From contig OX597836.1 in the NCBI GenBank assembly GCA_951406725.2, positions 12,462,001 to 12,526,000 on the forward strand: a stretch of DNA of 64,000 nucleotides, given 5' to 3'. The first letter of the stretch is position 1. Each line of letters begins with the position of its first letter. A program made the position numbers and the translations under genes. The stretch comes from Octopus vulgaris. Taxonomy: Eukaryota. Positions 1 to 13,561 of this stretch are shown in pieces. A model generated the notes under the pieces. It worked only from the letters and a program-made list of their open reading frames with translations, had not been told where the DNA came from and made no database searches.

Positions 1-112
1 AAAATTCCTGCTTCTTCTTTTAACATTTTCTCCTTCTTTTTCTCCTTCTCTTCCTTTTTCTTCTTCTTCTTCTTCTTAAGAAGAAATGTCTTCTGAATGG
101 ATTGGCTCCATT

Positions 113-594
<482 letters not shown>

Positions 595-1179
595 ATGAAT
601 ACAGAGAAAAAGCGGAAAAGATTTTTTGACTTTTCTTGTCTTTTGGTTGTTGTTTTTTTTTCCTTTTTTGTTTTTTCTTGTGTGTGTGTACTTAACTTGT
701 CTTCTGCTTGAAGCTGTTACAAATCAAAGCATGACAAACACCGTTTTGTATACAAACGAATAATCTGGTTTTTGTGCACACACACACACATGCACATGCA
801 TCGATGTGGCCATGCACTCACACACCTTCGCCTTTTCTTCTACCCCGACCCCCACGTAACACTTTGTAGTGTCTGTTTATGAAAAAGAAAATAACTAAAT
901 AAATAAAGTAGGAAGGAAAGAAAGGAGAAAATGCGATGGAATGAAAATGTCCCTTGTTAACATTTCAGAAAATTAAAATCATCTTTTGATTTTTTTTTTT
1001 TTCTGTATATGTGTATGTATATATATATATATATAGGTATGTATATATCTTTGGGTAAAATGAGGTCCTTGGAATTTCTGAAGTTTTTTCTTGGTGGTTT
1101 CTTTATCTACCAAAGATAAAATACAGGCAGCGTTCAAGATTTTGTTGCATTTGAATTTCATCTCTAGATGTTATGTGCG

Positions 1180-1403
1180 TGTGTGTGTATAGAAAATGAG
1201 AATGGTATTTGTGTGTGTATAGAAAATGAGAATGGTATTTGTGTGTGTATAGAAAATGAGAATGGTATTTGTGTGTGTATAGAAAATGAGAATGGTATTT
1301 GTGTGTGTATAGAAAATGAGAATGGTATTTGTGTGTGTATAGAAAATGAGAATGGTATTTGTGTGTGTATAGAAAATGAGAATGGTATTTGTGTGTGTAT
1401 GTA

Positions 1404-1435
<32 letters not shown>

Positions 1436-2420
1436 GTGAACGGTATTTGTGTGTATGTTTTGTGTGAGTGTGTGTGTGAAAAATGAGAATGGTATTTGTG
1501 TGTGTGTGTGTGTGTAAAAATGAGAATGGTATGTGTGTGTATGTGTGTGTGTGTATAAAAAATGAGAATGGTATTTGTGTGTGTGTGTGTGTGTGTAAAA
1601 ATGAGAATGGTATGTGTGTGTATGTGTGTGTGTGTATAAAAAATGAGAATGGTATTTGTGTGTGTGTGTGTGTGTAAAAATGAGAATGGTATGTGTGTGT
1701 GTATAAAAAATGAGAATGGTATTTGTGTGTGTGTGTGTGTGTGTAAAAATGAGAATGGTATGTGTGTGTATGTGTGTGTGTATAAAAAATGAGAATGGTA
1801 TTTGTGTGTGTATAAAAATGAGAATGGTATGTGTGTGTGTATAAAAATGAGAATGGTATTTGTGTGTATGTGTGTGTGTGTATAAAAATGAGAATGGTAT
1901 GTGTGTGTGTATAAAAATGAGAATGGTATTTGTGTGTATGTGTGTGTGTGTATAAAAATGAGAATGGTATGTGTGTGTGTATAAAAATGAGAATGGTATT
2001 TGTGTGTATGTGTGTGTGTGTATAAAAATGAGAATGGTATGTGTGTGTGTATAAAAATGAGAATGGTATTTGTGTGTGTATGTGTGTATATAAAAAATGA
2101 GAATGGTATTTGTGTGTGTGTGTGTATATAAAAAATGAGAATGGTATTTGTGTGTGTGTGTGTGTGTGTATAAAAAATGAGAATGGTATTTGTGTGTGTA
2201 TAAAAATGAGAATGGTATTTGTGTGTGTGTGTGTATAAAATATAAGAATGGTATTTGTGTGTGTGTGTGTATATAAAAAATGAGAATGGTATTTGTGTGT
2301 GTGTGTGTGTGTGTATAAAAAATGAGAATGGTATTTGTGTGTGTATAAAAATGAGAATGGTATTTGTGTGTGTGTGTGTATAAAATATAAGAATGGTATT
2401 TGTGTGTGTGTGTGTGTGTA
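1180..2420. repeat. Compound minisatellite: constant AAAATGAGAATGGTAT(TT) core separated by (GT)n tracts
   Basis: About 7 perfect 30-bp units (gtgtgtgtatagaaaatgagaatggtattt), followed by many units with variable (GT)n length. Confidence 0.95.
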
Positions 2421-2439
2421 TTTTGCGTGTGTGTGTCTA

Positions 2440-3255
2440 TCTGAAGAATTTTGTGAAACAATTTGTCCTTATGAAGCTGGTGTTTGGAACAAATTACCAT
2501 GAAACTTTGACAGAAAGTTTGAATTTAGATCACCCTGAAGACTTTTGTCACTATATTTCTATTGAAAAACACCACCTTTTTGTTTCAACTAATTTCGAAG
2601 ATAATGAAGAATTCAAAATTTGGAACATAAACATGAAATTTCCATAGAAAGTTTTTAGATCCCTTTAAAAATCGGTGGTTTTTATCACAGAACTAGAAGA
2701 GTTACAGAGCACGTAGACTAATAGTCATACATAATTTAACCCTTTAGTTAGCATACTTCTTTTGAAATACACAGCCTTAATTTCAATTAAATTCGAAAAT
2801 AGTGAAGAATTCTAAAAAGTAGTAAAATAATTTTGTATTATTAAGCTGATGTTTGGAATATAAATTAGCCTGAAATTCTGATTGAAGGTTTTAATCTATG
2901 TCACCTCAAAGCCTTTCTTTAGCGTAGTTCTGTTGAAATACTCTGCCTTTGTTTCAGCTTATTTTTCAAAATAGTGAAGAATTTAAAATGTAGTAAAATA
3001 GCTTTGTCGTTATTAAGCTGGTGTTTGGAATATGAATTAATATGGAATTCTGATGGAAGATTTTAATTTAGATCACTTTAAAGCAGGAAGTCTTTTTTTT
3101 TTTTATCATAAACCAAAGGGCGGTGCTAAGTGAGTTACAGAGAATAGAATGAGAGTCATACCATATTTTATCCTTTTCTTACCGTTTTTGTTTTTTGAAA
3201 AATCCTGTCTTTAATAACTCGGACATTATTAAACCAGTGTTTGGAATATAAATTA
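2440..3255. mobile_element. Cluster of degenerate MITE family M1 copies
   Basis: Recurring block 'gaagaattt..aaaata.ctttgtc.ttattaagctggtgtttggaa.ataaatt', also seen at 20739-20972, 34860-35603 and 41217-41438; 'ttaaccctt' terminus near 2737. Confidence 0.65.
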
Positions 3256-3258
3256 ACA

Positions 3259-3475
3259 AGGCGGAGAGCTGGCAGACTCTTTAGTATGCCAGGCAAAATG
3301 CTTACCGCTATTTTGTTTGTCTTCGTGTTCTGCATTCAAATTCCGCCGAGGTTGACTTTGCTTTTCATCCTTTCAGGGTTGATAAAATAGATACCTGTTG
3401 AGCACTGGGGTCGATCTAATCAACTTAACCCCTTCCCCTAAAACTTCTGACCTTGTGCCAAAATTTGAAACCATT
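3259..3475 (+). mobile_element. SINE family B (Meta/MESC-domain-like), short-tail form
   Basis: ggcggagagctggcaga head and gaggttgactttgcttttcatcctttcagggttgataaaat central block, which resembles the MetaSINE domain; many copies in the window. Confidence 0.8.
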
Positions 3476-3494
3476 ATTCATCACCATCATCATC

Positions 3495-3680
3495 ATCATC
3501 ATTTAACGTCCGCTTTCCATTCTGGCATGGGTTGGACAGTTCGACTGAGGGTCTGGCAAGCCAGGAGGTTGCACCAGGCTCCACTCTGATCTGGTAAGGT
3601 TTCTACAGCTGGATGCCCTTCCTAACACCAACCACTCTGAGAGTGTAGTGGGGGATTTTTTACATGCCACTGGTACAGGG
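3495..3680 (-). mobile_element. Dispersed repeat family C (SINE-like, (GAT)n tail)
   Basis: Reverse complement carries the gttaggaagggcatccagctgtagaaa motif and ends ggaaagcggacgttaaatgatgatg. Other copies at about 9110, 39410, 48555, 57061 and 61790. Confidence 0.8.
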
Positions 3681-3825
3681 AGGGGGGTGGACCAGTCAAG
3701 TGAGTCCACTGTTTATACTTAGAAAGAAATTGCAGAGCAGGTGTGAAAGGTTAGATCTGGTCAGTTTGAACATAAACCAGGTAGGAATTTTGGGCCAGAT
3801 ATAGGTTAAAATATGAACTAAATGA

Positions 3826-4225
3826 GGGTGGTGAGCTGGCAGAAATGTTAACATGCCGGGCGAAATGCTTAGCAGTATTTTGTCTGTCTTTACATTCTGT
3901 GTTCAAATTCCACTGAGGTCGACTTTGCCTTTCATCCTTTCGGGGTCGATTAAATAAGTACCAGTTACGCACTGGGGTTGATATAATCAACTTAATCTGT
4001 TTGTCTGTCCTTGTTTGTCCCCTCTGTGTTTAGCCCCTGTGGGTAGAAAAGAAATAGGTATTTCGTCTGTCTTTACGTTCTGAGTTCAAATTCCGCCGAG
4101 GTCGACTTTGTCTTTTATCTTTTTGGGATCGATAAATTAAGTACCAGTTGTGTACTGGAGTTGGTCTAATCGATTGGCCCCATCCCCCAAAATTCCGGGC
4201 CTTGTGCCTAGAGCAGAAAAGAATA
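3826..4225 (+). mobile_element. SINE family B dimer (long-tail unit joined to a headless short-tail unit)
   Basis: Two central domains in tandem with the junction aaagaaata|ggtatttcgtctg at about 4057. Confidence 0.82.
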
Positions 4226-4846
4226 TGAGCTAAAAGGTTAAAAGAAAAATAAGTGCTGGGGTTGACTTGGTCGACTAAAATTCTTCGAGATGGTGCCCCA
4301 GCATGGCCACAGTCAAATGACTGAGACAAGACAAAGATAATATATATAAAAGATTTCCAAAGTACTTAAATGTTTTGTTTTGGGTTCTTTTTTCTTCATT
4401 TTTTTTTTTTTATTTCTCTTGTTATTTTTTCCATGCTGTTTTCTCCAAAACGTTTTGGAACTCCCAGCGTGTAAGAAATATCTTATGTCGAAGTCAAACT
4501 TAAAACGTTAACGAAACGTTTCAAGTCGAATCGAGCCAACGCCAAGACACCATCAATAGTAATTCCATGACGAAATATATTTGAATTCTACTTAGATATC
4601 ATTCTTCTCTAAAGACAAGAATAAAAATTCTCAATGCAGGAATCCTTTGTCACAGCAGTTTGCTTGTTTTGCATGTGTCGGCAACTTTCCGATACGTCTT
4701 ATGTCTTCGTTTGCCGTATCATTCCTCTTCGTTTCCGCATGTTGTTTCACTAATTAAAACATATTGAAATTGTGCGCCTGTTTTTGTTTTGTTTTTGTTT
4801 TTGTTTTTGTTTTGTTTTTTATTTTTGCCTTTGTGTGTGTGAGTGT

Positions 4847-4883
<37 letters not shown>

Positions 4884-4979
4884 CATATTTATGTAGATAT
4901 AAATGTATGTGTGTATGTGCACATGGATACATGTGCATGCATGTATGTGTGTAAGTATATATGTATGTATAGATTTATT

Positions 4980-5064
<85 letters not shown>

Positions 5065-5161
5065 GTATGTATATGTATGAATATATTTGTGTGCATATAT
5101 ATATAGACAAATGTTATATATATATAAACATTTGTGTGTGTATCATCATCATCATCATCAT

Positions 5162-5206
<45 letters not shown>

Positions 5207-5645
5207 ATTTGTGTGTGTATATATATATATATATATACATATATATATAAAAATTTGTGTGTGTGTATGTATGTATATATATATGTACACACACATATAT
5301 ATATGTGTGTGCATATATATATATATATATATACACACACATATATGTATGTATAGAATTGTGCATACAATTGTGTGTGTGTGTGTTAATATATAATACA
5401 TTTAGCAACATAGAGAAACCATTTCATCTATAGTCTACATCTCTGGCTTTTTATTTATTTCCACCCCACCCCCCGTACCACCCCACCCGTCCCTCTCACT
5501 CGTTATATACTCTTTGGCTCACCTTTAATAATCATATTATAATTTTCTGAGATGCCAATTAAGCTTTCATTTGCTTAACTAAACCCCCCCCACACACACA
5601 CACACACACACTTCCCAACATACATGTAAATCCATTCAACATTTG

Positions 5646-5678
<33 letters not shown>

Positions 5679-6104
5679 GTTTCTGTCTCTTTATCTCTGT
5701 CTCTCTCCCTCTCTCTCTGTCTCTCTCTCTCTCTCCCTCTGTCTCTTCCTCTATGTCTCTCTCCCTCTCTCTCTCTTCCTCTATTTCTCTCTCCCTCTCT
5801 CCCCCCTCTCTCTCTCTAAGACGGAATTCTTTGTCTAGTCTTCTTCATTCTTCGCATTTGTCTTGTAATTCTAAAGAAGCCAAACCAAATGACGTAAAAT
5901 GTCTGGCAGTATTCAATGCCATTCTCTTCACACTGCTATGATTTTAGATTTTGGGGTTTAAAATTCTTTGGCCTTTAATCCATGTAATTCTTCAAAAGAA
6001 ATCTTCGTCGGTCCAGTTTTGGTTAGTATGCTTTTGTCTGTGAATTCTTTATTGTCTGTTAGGGTTTTGATTCTGTTTCGTTTTGGTTTTTGGTTTGCGT
6101 CAGT

Positions 6105-6266
6105 CAGGCATGGCTGTGTGGTAAGAAGCTTGCTTCCAAACCACATGGTCCCAGGTCCAATCCTACTTGCATGGAACTTTGAGCAAGTGTCTTCCACTGT
6201 AGCTTCAGGCTGACCAAAGCCTTTTAAGTGGATTTGGTAGATGGAAACTGAAAGAAGCCTGCCGTA

Positions 6267-6317
<51 letters not shown>

Positions 6318-6725
6318 TATTATATATACCGGAGTAAACACATAAATGTGAAACAAGGTGGAAAAAAGAGTACTCAAATACCAGTGGTAGAGTAATATGC
6401 TTTATTTAGATTCTAGCAAAAACTGTCCAATGAACAGCAACGGGAAACTCAGAGTAACAGGTTTTGTTGAATTTTTTGCTGCTTTAAATAAAGTATATAA
6501 ATATATATATATATATATAGTGTGTGTTGTGTCTGTTTGTCCCCCACCACTGCTTGACAGCTGATGTCAGTGTGTTTATATGCCTATAACTTAGCGGTTC
6601 AGCACAAGAGACCGACAGAATAAGTACTAAGCTTAAAAATAAAATAAAAAATAAGTACTGGGGTTGATTCAGACATAAATTTCCTCAAGGTGGTGCCCCA
6701 GCATGGCCACAATGACTGAAACAAG
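6105..6725 (+). mobile_element. SINE family A (tRNA-like head, CORE-like ccttgggcaagt block, internal TA/TG microsatellite), interrupted
   Basis: ggctgtgtggtaagaagcttgcttcc head through cagcatggccac..gactgaaacaag tail; a foreign insert lies in the internal microsatellite. Confidence 0.85.
6329..6497. mobile_element. Penelope-like terminal fragment with inverted junction and degenerate hammerhead motif
   Basis: The first ~77 bp are shared with 8644-8720, then orientation flips. ctgt-CCAATGA-acagcaacgg-GAAA-ctcagag-TA-acag at 6423-6460. Confidence 0.55.
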
Positions 6726-7376
6726 AAAAACGTAAAGGACTATTAAGTTGCTATTTGGAAATTTTAGTGGAAGGATTTTAATACAGACCACTTTAAAAGA
6801 TGAGGTTTAAAACACAGAACCAGGTGCTGCTTCAAGCAGTTTGAAGAAAACTATAATTGTCAGAAGTTACATAATTGCATCTAGTTCTTCATTTATTCAT
6901 AATGCAAACAGCCCTTCTCTCCTTGCTGTTAAATACAGCAGGGGTTCCCTGCATCATGATTAATTCTTCAAGAGGCTGCCCTCTTTGCTGACAGGCCCAC
7001 CCGCTGCAGCTATTCCTGCTGGGTTACATAATGGAGAGAGAGGGTTGCAGGTGCCACAAATTGTGCTTTCTTCTAACTAGACTCAAAGCTCATGCAATGT
7101 TCTTCGTAGACGCTCTTCGTTCAATGATTATGCCATAAAAATTTAGAAATTCTGAAAGTGAAACACTCTCAGACAATCTGACCAAATGCTGCTTTCGACA
7201 GTAATAAGGGACTAGAACAAACATATAGAGTAAGGGGCTCGCCTACAAGGATATAGAGGAATCATGTGACAAAAAGGTCAAATAGGGTCCTGAAAAGTAA
7301 AGTAGCAAAGTAGGAACACCACCAGAAAATCTGGCAAATACAATCTCTTTCAATTGAAGTGATTGTTGTGGATATG

Positions 7377-7762
7377 TCTTTTACTTGTTTCAGTCATTTG
7401 ACTGCGGTCATGCTGGAGCACCGCCTTTAGTCGAGCAAATCGACCCCGGGACTTATTCTTTGTAAGCCCAGTACTTATCCTATCGGTCTCTTTTGCCGAA
7501 CCGCTAAGTGACGGGGACGTAAACACACCAGCATCGGTTGTCAAGCAATGCTAGGGGGACAAACACAGACACACACTTATATATATATACATATATACGA
7601 CAGGCTTCTTTTCAGTTTCCGTCTACCAAATCCACTCACAAGGCATTGGTCGGCCCGGGGCTATAGCAGAAGACACTTGCCTAAGATGCCACGCAGTGGG
7701 ACTGAACCCGGAACCATGTGGTTGGTTAGCAAGCTACTTACCACACAGCCACTCCTGCGCCT
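7377..7762 (-). mobile_element. SINE family A, young subfamily, full length
   Basis: Near-identical to 44180-44590, 53460-53895 and 56585-57031. Confidence 0.92.
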
Positions 7763-8643
7763 ATGTGGGTAATTTGAAAATATGACTGCCCTGCATACTT
7801 ACGGGTTGCCCTTTGACGAGGTTTAGTATCTTTCAGCTATGCTGCCAGGGATATGGCAAGGTCGTGGAATTGCAGCTTGGTGGATTGTGAAGAGGTTGTG
7901 GAAGAACTCAACATCGATTTTGAGTAGTGGAATCCTAGGAGATTAATAGCCAGGATCACCAAGCTCTGTCAGGAGACTGACCATAATGCATCCACAGGGA
8001 CAGCATCCGTGGTTGGATAATCATCTAATGAAAGGATTCCACTGTGACTGAAGCGCTTGGTTCAGATTCGCAGTAATGGAATTGGATGGCAAAAGAGAGT
8101 CATGGGAAAGCCTGAAAGCTGTGTGACCAAAGAGAGAGAGAGAGAGAGAGAGCGCAACTGTGGCTTTTAAGCGTATGAGTGATTAGAGATGTTACAGCAA
8201 AGTAACTATTAGGCTTTCAACCATCCAAATGAGAAACTTTAATCTTACTGGTGACTTAGTTTAGAAGAGAGTTTTCATTGTGAACAGATATTGTAGAAGC
8301 ATTGAAAAATAGAAGAATTGTCTTTATTAATGTCTACTAAATGGAATATATATCTATGGACGAAACCGGGACAACTGAAGAAGGGGAATATTCTTTGTGT
8401 TGTATGTCTTGTTTCTCTGTTTTTTCGTTGTTTGAAAAAAATGTTTGTTTCCATGTTTTTGTTTCTCATTGTGTTCAACATTTTTTTGATGTCCTGTACC
8501 CATATATGCATGTATATATACGTACATGTGTAGGTATGTACATATATGTATGTATATATGCATATATTTATATATTATTTATATTATCATATGATCAAAC
8601 GCCACGCATCCTTTTCCAAGTAAGTTTTATATATATATATATA

Positions 8644-8755
8644 CCGGAGTAAACACATAAATGTGAAACAAGGTGGAAAAAAGAGTACTCAAATACCAGT
8701 GGTAGAGTAATATGCTTTATTAAAGCAGCGGAAAATTTTCCGATGCTTTAATAAA

Positions 8756-8760
<5 letters not shown>
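8644..8760. mobile_element. Penelope-like terminal fragment ending in a fold-back palindrome
   Basis: Same sequence as 6329-6405, followed by the near-palindrome ctttattaaagcagcggaaaa|ttttccgatgctttaataaag; embedded in (TA)n. Confidence 0.55.
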
Positions 8761-8817
<57 letters not shown>

Positions 8818-8819
8818 AA

Positions 8820-8992
8820 TCCTTTCTACTACAGGCACAAGGCCTGAAATTTTGGGTGAAGGGACTAGTAGATTACATTGACCCTAGTGTTGCACTGGTA
8901 CTTAGTTTTTCGACTCCAAAAGGATGAAATGCAAGGTCGACCTCGGTGGAATTTGAATTTAGATTGTCAAGGTAGATGAAATACCACTGAGC
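8820..8992 (-). mobile_element. SINE family B, short-tail, 5' truncated
   Basis: Reverse complement of the central domain: aaggatgaaatgcaaggtcgacctcggtggaatttgaa. Confidence 0.75.
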
Positions 8993-9109
8993 ATATATAT
9001 ATGTATATAATACCTACACATACATAGGTATGTGTTTGTGCTTTTATATATATGCCAACACATATTTGCATACACACTGATACATATATCCATTTATATA
9101 CATACAGTA

Positions 9110-9340
9110 AGCTGGTTGGCATTTGGAAGGGCATCCAGCTGTAAAAACCATGAGGCTGGTGGCACGTGAAAAGCACTGAGTCCACTCTGTGGGGTGGTCA
9201 GTATTAGGAAGGGCATCCAGCTGTAAAAACTGTGCCAAAATAGATACAGAAATCTGGTGTAGTCTTCTGCCTGGCCAGCTCCTGTCAGACCATCCAATCC
9301 ATGCCAGCATTGAAAGCAGACATTAAGCGATGATGAGGAT
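9110..9340 (+). mobile_element. Family C repeat
   Basis: Two ggaagggcatccagctgtaaaa motifs and a (GAT)n tail. Confidence 0.75.
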
Positions 9341-9952
9341 GATATATATATTTGACTTATAATACCAGCCGTGAGAATATACACTTAATGAAAGAATATA
9401 CAAGAACAGATGCATATATAGGTATAAAATGCTTGACATGAAATAATTAATGTCTATGGTACATATACATACACACACACATATATGCATACACACTCAT
9501 ATTAATGTATAATATCTTGACCCCAATACTTGATGTGTGAATATATATATCAATGTATACATACACACACTCATATAAAGTGTTTGACCTACAGTAATTG
9601 ATGTGATGTACACATACACATATGTACATACACACTCATATTTATATGTAACATTTTACCTACAATACTTGTGTAAAAATATGTAAACATGTATAAATAT
9701 ATGTATGTGTATGTATCTATATGTATACATACATACATGCACACACATATATACGTACAACCGTGCATATATAGCATTTGTTTAAGCGGCAATATTTTAT
9801 GATGCAGTTCATGTGTGTGTATACACACACAAACACATACATGCACACATACCTATATATATGTATGTGTGTACGCACCTATAAGTGTGTGTGTATATAC
9901 AAAAAATATATATATGCACACCTGTGTGTGTATAAATATATATATTTATATA

Positions 9953-9994
<42 letters not shown>

Positions 9995-10075
9995 CTATAT
10001 GTGTTTGTGTATATATATGCACACCTATGTATGTGTGTGTATATATGTGTATAAATATATATATATATACATACT

Positions 10076-10131
<56 letters not shown>

Positions 10132-10454
10132 CAACTATACACAAACACACGCACGTGACCACCAATTTTTGTAGGTCAAATAGATTATAATGTCCCTATT
10201 TCAAAATCATTGAGAGGCGAACCTCCTGAGAAATCTAAACAAGAAATGTCTTGTCTTGTGCTGTAGGTGGTGGTGGTGGTGGTGGTGGTGGTGTAGGTGG
10301 CGGTGGCGGAGGAATAGGTGGAGTGTGAGGGGAGTATTATAGAGTAGTGGGGAGAGAGAGTGTGAGGAAGGGGAGGAGTTATTGTGTAAAGGAGAAAGAG
10401 TAAGGAAAGTAATACTGCTTCAGTAATGGTTTGGGAACATTTTGGAGTGTGTTG

Positions 10455-10460
10455 CACACA

Positions 10461-10501
<41 letters not shown>

Positions 10502-10895
10502 TCACACTCACACGCACACAGACAATCTCACTCAAACACACATACACACACCTACAAACACATGCACACACACAGTCTCACACAAACACTCACGCAGACA
10601 CACACACACAATCTCACACAAACACTCACGCAGACACACACAATCTCACACAAACACTCACGCAGACACACACAATCTCACACAAACACTCACGCAGACA
10701 CACAAATCTCACACAAACATACACACACACACACAATCTCACACAAACATACATACACACACAAGCACATGCACACACGCAGTCTCACACAAACACTCAC
10801 ACAAGCACACACACACACACAATCTCACACAAACATACACAATCTCTCGCACACAGACACACACAGATACACACACACACACACATACATACACA
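10455..10895. repeat. CA-derived minisatellite (caatctcacacaaacactcacgcagacaca, ~30 bp)
   Basis: Several near-exact tandem units are visible. Confidence 0.85.
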
Positions 10896-11401
10896 TGCTC
10901 ATGGTTCTTAATCTCACTTGCACATATATTTGCACATACGCACACTCAAGCATGCACACGTACACACACTGTGACGTATTTACGCACTTAAATGCACACA
11001 CAAACCCTCATATGCACGCTTATGCATAGATGCACTTTGACACAGAAACTCACACATACAAATACGAACAGGCATGCATACTCCTAGATACACTTAGGGA
11101 CACATCTATGCATGCACATACACACACATGTATGCAGACATGCATACATATAGACACACAGCTATAGTTATCTATATACAAATACAAATGTATATACCTA
11201 TATACATTCTCACAGTAAGAGATGCACTTACATATTCTTTTACTTCTTTCAATCATTTGATTGTGGCCATGCTGGAGCACTGTCTTGGGAAAATTCTCCG
11301 TAACATTCCTAGTTGGGCATAGTCTTTTATTCTTTTATTTGTTTCAGTCATTTGACTGTGGCCATGCAGGAGCAATGCCTTTAGTCGAGCACATATATAT
11401 A

Positions 11402-11627
11402 CAAGGAAGTGCTGAAAAGTTCTTGGCTTTGGGTAAAAGAAAATATACGAAGATCAATCAGTAAATTATGATTTTATTCAACATATTCCCCTCCTCTCAG
11501 ATTCATACACTTATTGCAGTGGTCCTTCAGTTTTTCTAAGTCTTGTAAAAGACCTCGGAAGTTTGTCCTTCCAACCAGGTTTTTTGCAATACCCTTAAAG
11601 CCAGGAACTTTTCGAGCATCGCCTTTG
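11402..11627. mobile_element. Mariner/Tc1-like MITE
   Basis: TA-flanked imperfect TIRs: caaggaagtgctgaaaagttcttggcttt ... aaagccaggaacttttcgagcatcgcctttg. Confidence 0.75.
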
Positions 11628-12141
11628 TACAACATATTCACTCATACACAGACATGCACATACTAAGCACACTTACACATATATATATATAAACTCACAC
11701 ACATAAAGCATAGACACAGGTATGCATATAGACATTCATACAGAAACACATATAGATACACACAGATACCTGCATTCTCACTCGCACACTGATCCAAGTA
11801 TTCACTTTGACATTCCTACACCCTCTCTCCACCCCCACCCCTCTCTCTCTCTCTTTTACTACTGTTTGCCCTTTGGACACGGGTGGGGGTAAGGTAAGTT
11901 CATCTTTACTTAGTAACTGAAGAAGCCCACCTCATCCGCTATCTCCACGCAAACTGGTGTCCTTCTCCGTTTTTTGTTCCTCCGAGCATGGGACAATTTC
12001 AAGTCAACTTCAAAAGATGCATACATACACACACACACTGCCAAATATCTCTCTCTTTCCCTATCTCACTCTCTCATTATATATATTTATATATATATGT
12101 GTGTGTGTGTGTGTATATATATGTGTGTGTGTGTATGTATG

Positions 12142-12183
<42 letters not shown>

Positions 12184-13006
12184 AAATTAAAAAAGCATCT
12201 AATGAAAACACATTCATCAATTACAGGGTGTCCCTCTGGTGCTCTTGCCTTATTATTGCTATTATCCCATCCACCCTCCCTCTCCTCCGCATCTGTACTA
12301 TATTTCACCATCAGAAGTAGCAATGGTGGCGATGGTGTTAGTAGTAGTAGTCTTCCATAATTTAGATGTGGTCTGGTCCACTGAGAATTATTCTGCAGTC
12401 ATTTTAGTTGAGCAAGACCAGACAGACAGGCAGACGCACAGACAACATAGACCCCGATCCATCTCACCCACCCCCACAAAAAAACGTGTGCGCACATACA
12501 CTGTATCGTGGAGGACAGACAGGATAATTAGATAACTTAAGAGAAACAAAATGTTATTTCTGCAAGGAGCACAGTGTGATGGGGGTGGGCAGAAGGGGGA
12601 AGTATTGGGCTGTGGGGCTCGGGTGGGGTGGAGTATTCCCACCATATTTATCTCTTGGTTTTACTTACCGACTTCTCAAATGCTTCTGTTTGTGATAATA
12701 GCTTCTCAATATACACATACATACATAATTATACATATACATATATATACACACATATATTGATACATACATAAGTATATATATATATACTTATCCAAAC
12801 AGATCATACTACAAAGAAATACATGAAGCTGAATATGCATAGAGAGTATGTGGAGATTTATTCAAATTTATATAATATATATATATATATCTAAACACTT
12901 AACCGGTTTCACTTTTGATTTTCAAAACTGTTTTGTTATATGGAGCTGTGTTGCAAACTGCATCTTTTGTGGATGTTGTTCTGAAAATTGCACACATATA
13001 TTTATG

Positions 13007-13065
<59 letters not shown>

Positions 13066-13330
13066 ACATGCAGAACAAAAGAAAATGCGAAGTGGAGACT
13101 TTCAGATAATGAATATTTAAGTATCAATATATAGATATTTATATTAATAGATCCACCTTACACATAGAACAAATGACAGGGAAAGTTAAAGAGACTGATG
13201 AACAGCTGTTTCTGGGGCCTTGGAGATCCATCCTAATGTTGGCTGATGTAGGTCATCACAATACGTGGCACACTGGATGAATTGAGCCACTGTCGTCACG
13301 GTAGAGAATATCTTACATTTTAGGTCATTA

Positions 13331-13561
13331 AGGCGGCGAACTGGCAGAAATGTTAGCACGCTGGACGAAATGCTTTGCGGTATTTTACCTGCCGCTACAT
13401 TCTCAGTTCAAATTCCGCCATGGTCAACTTTGCATTTCATTCTTTCGGGGTCGATTAAATAAGTACCAGTTACACACTGGGGTCGATATAATTGACTTAA
13501 TCCATTTGTCTGTCCTTGTTTGTCCTCTCTGTGTTTAGCCCCTTGTGGGCAGTAAAGAAAT
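13331..13561 (+). mobile_element. SINE family B, long-tail, full length with TSD
   Basis: Flanked on both sides by the direct repeat atatcttacattttaggtcat (21 bp). Confidence 0.9.

Noticed and set aside
1180-2420. Constant repeat plus variable spacer resembling a CRISPR array
   Set aside because: The spacers are only (GT)n of varying length, the context is eukaryotic and there are no cas genes.
6940-8130. Higher-GC blocks flanking the SINE at 7377, possible degraded LINE coding sequence
   Set aside because: There are frequent stops and no motif I could recognise, so I left them unannotated.
8355-8400. GAAA followed by CTGAAGA as a type II hammerhead
   Set aside because: I could not build stems I-III or a valid cleavage triplet.
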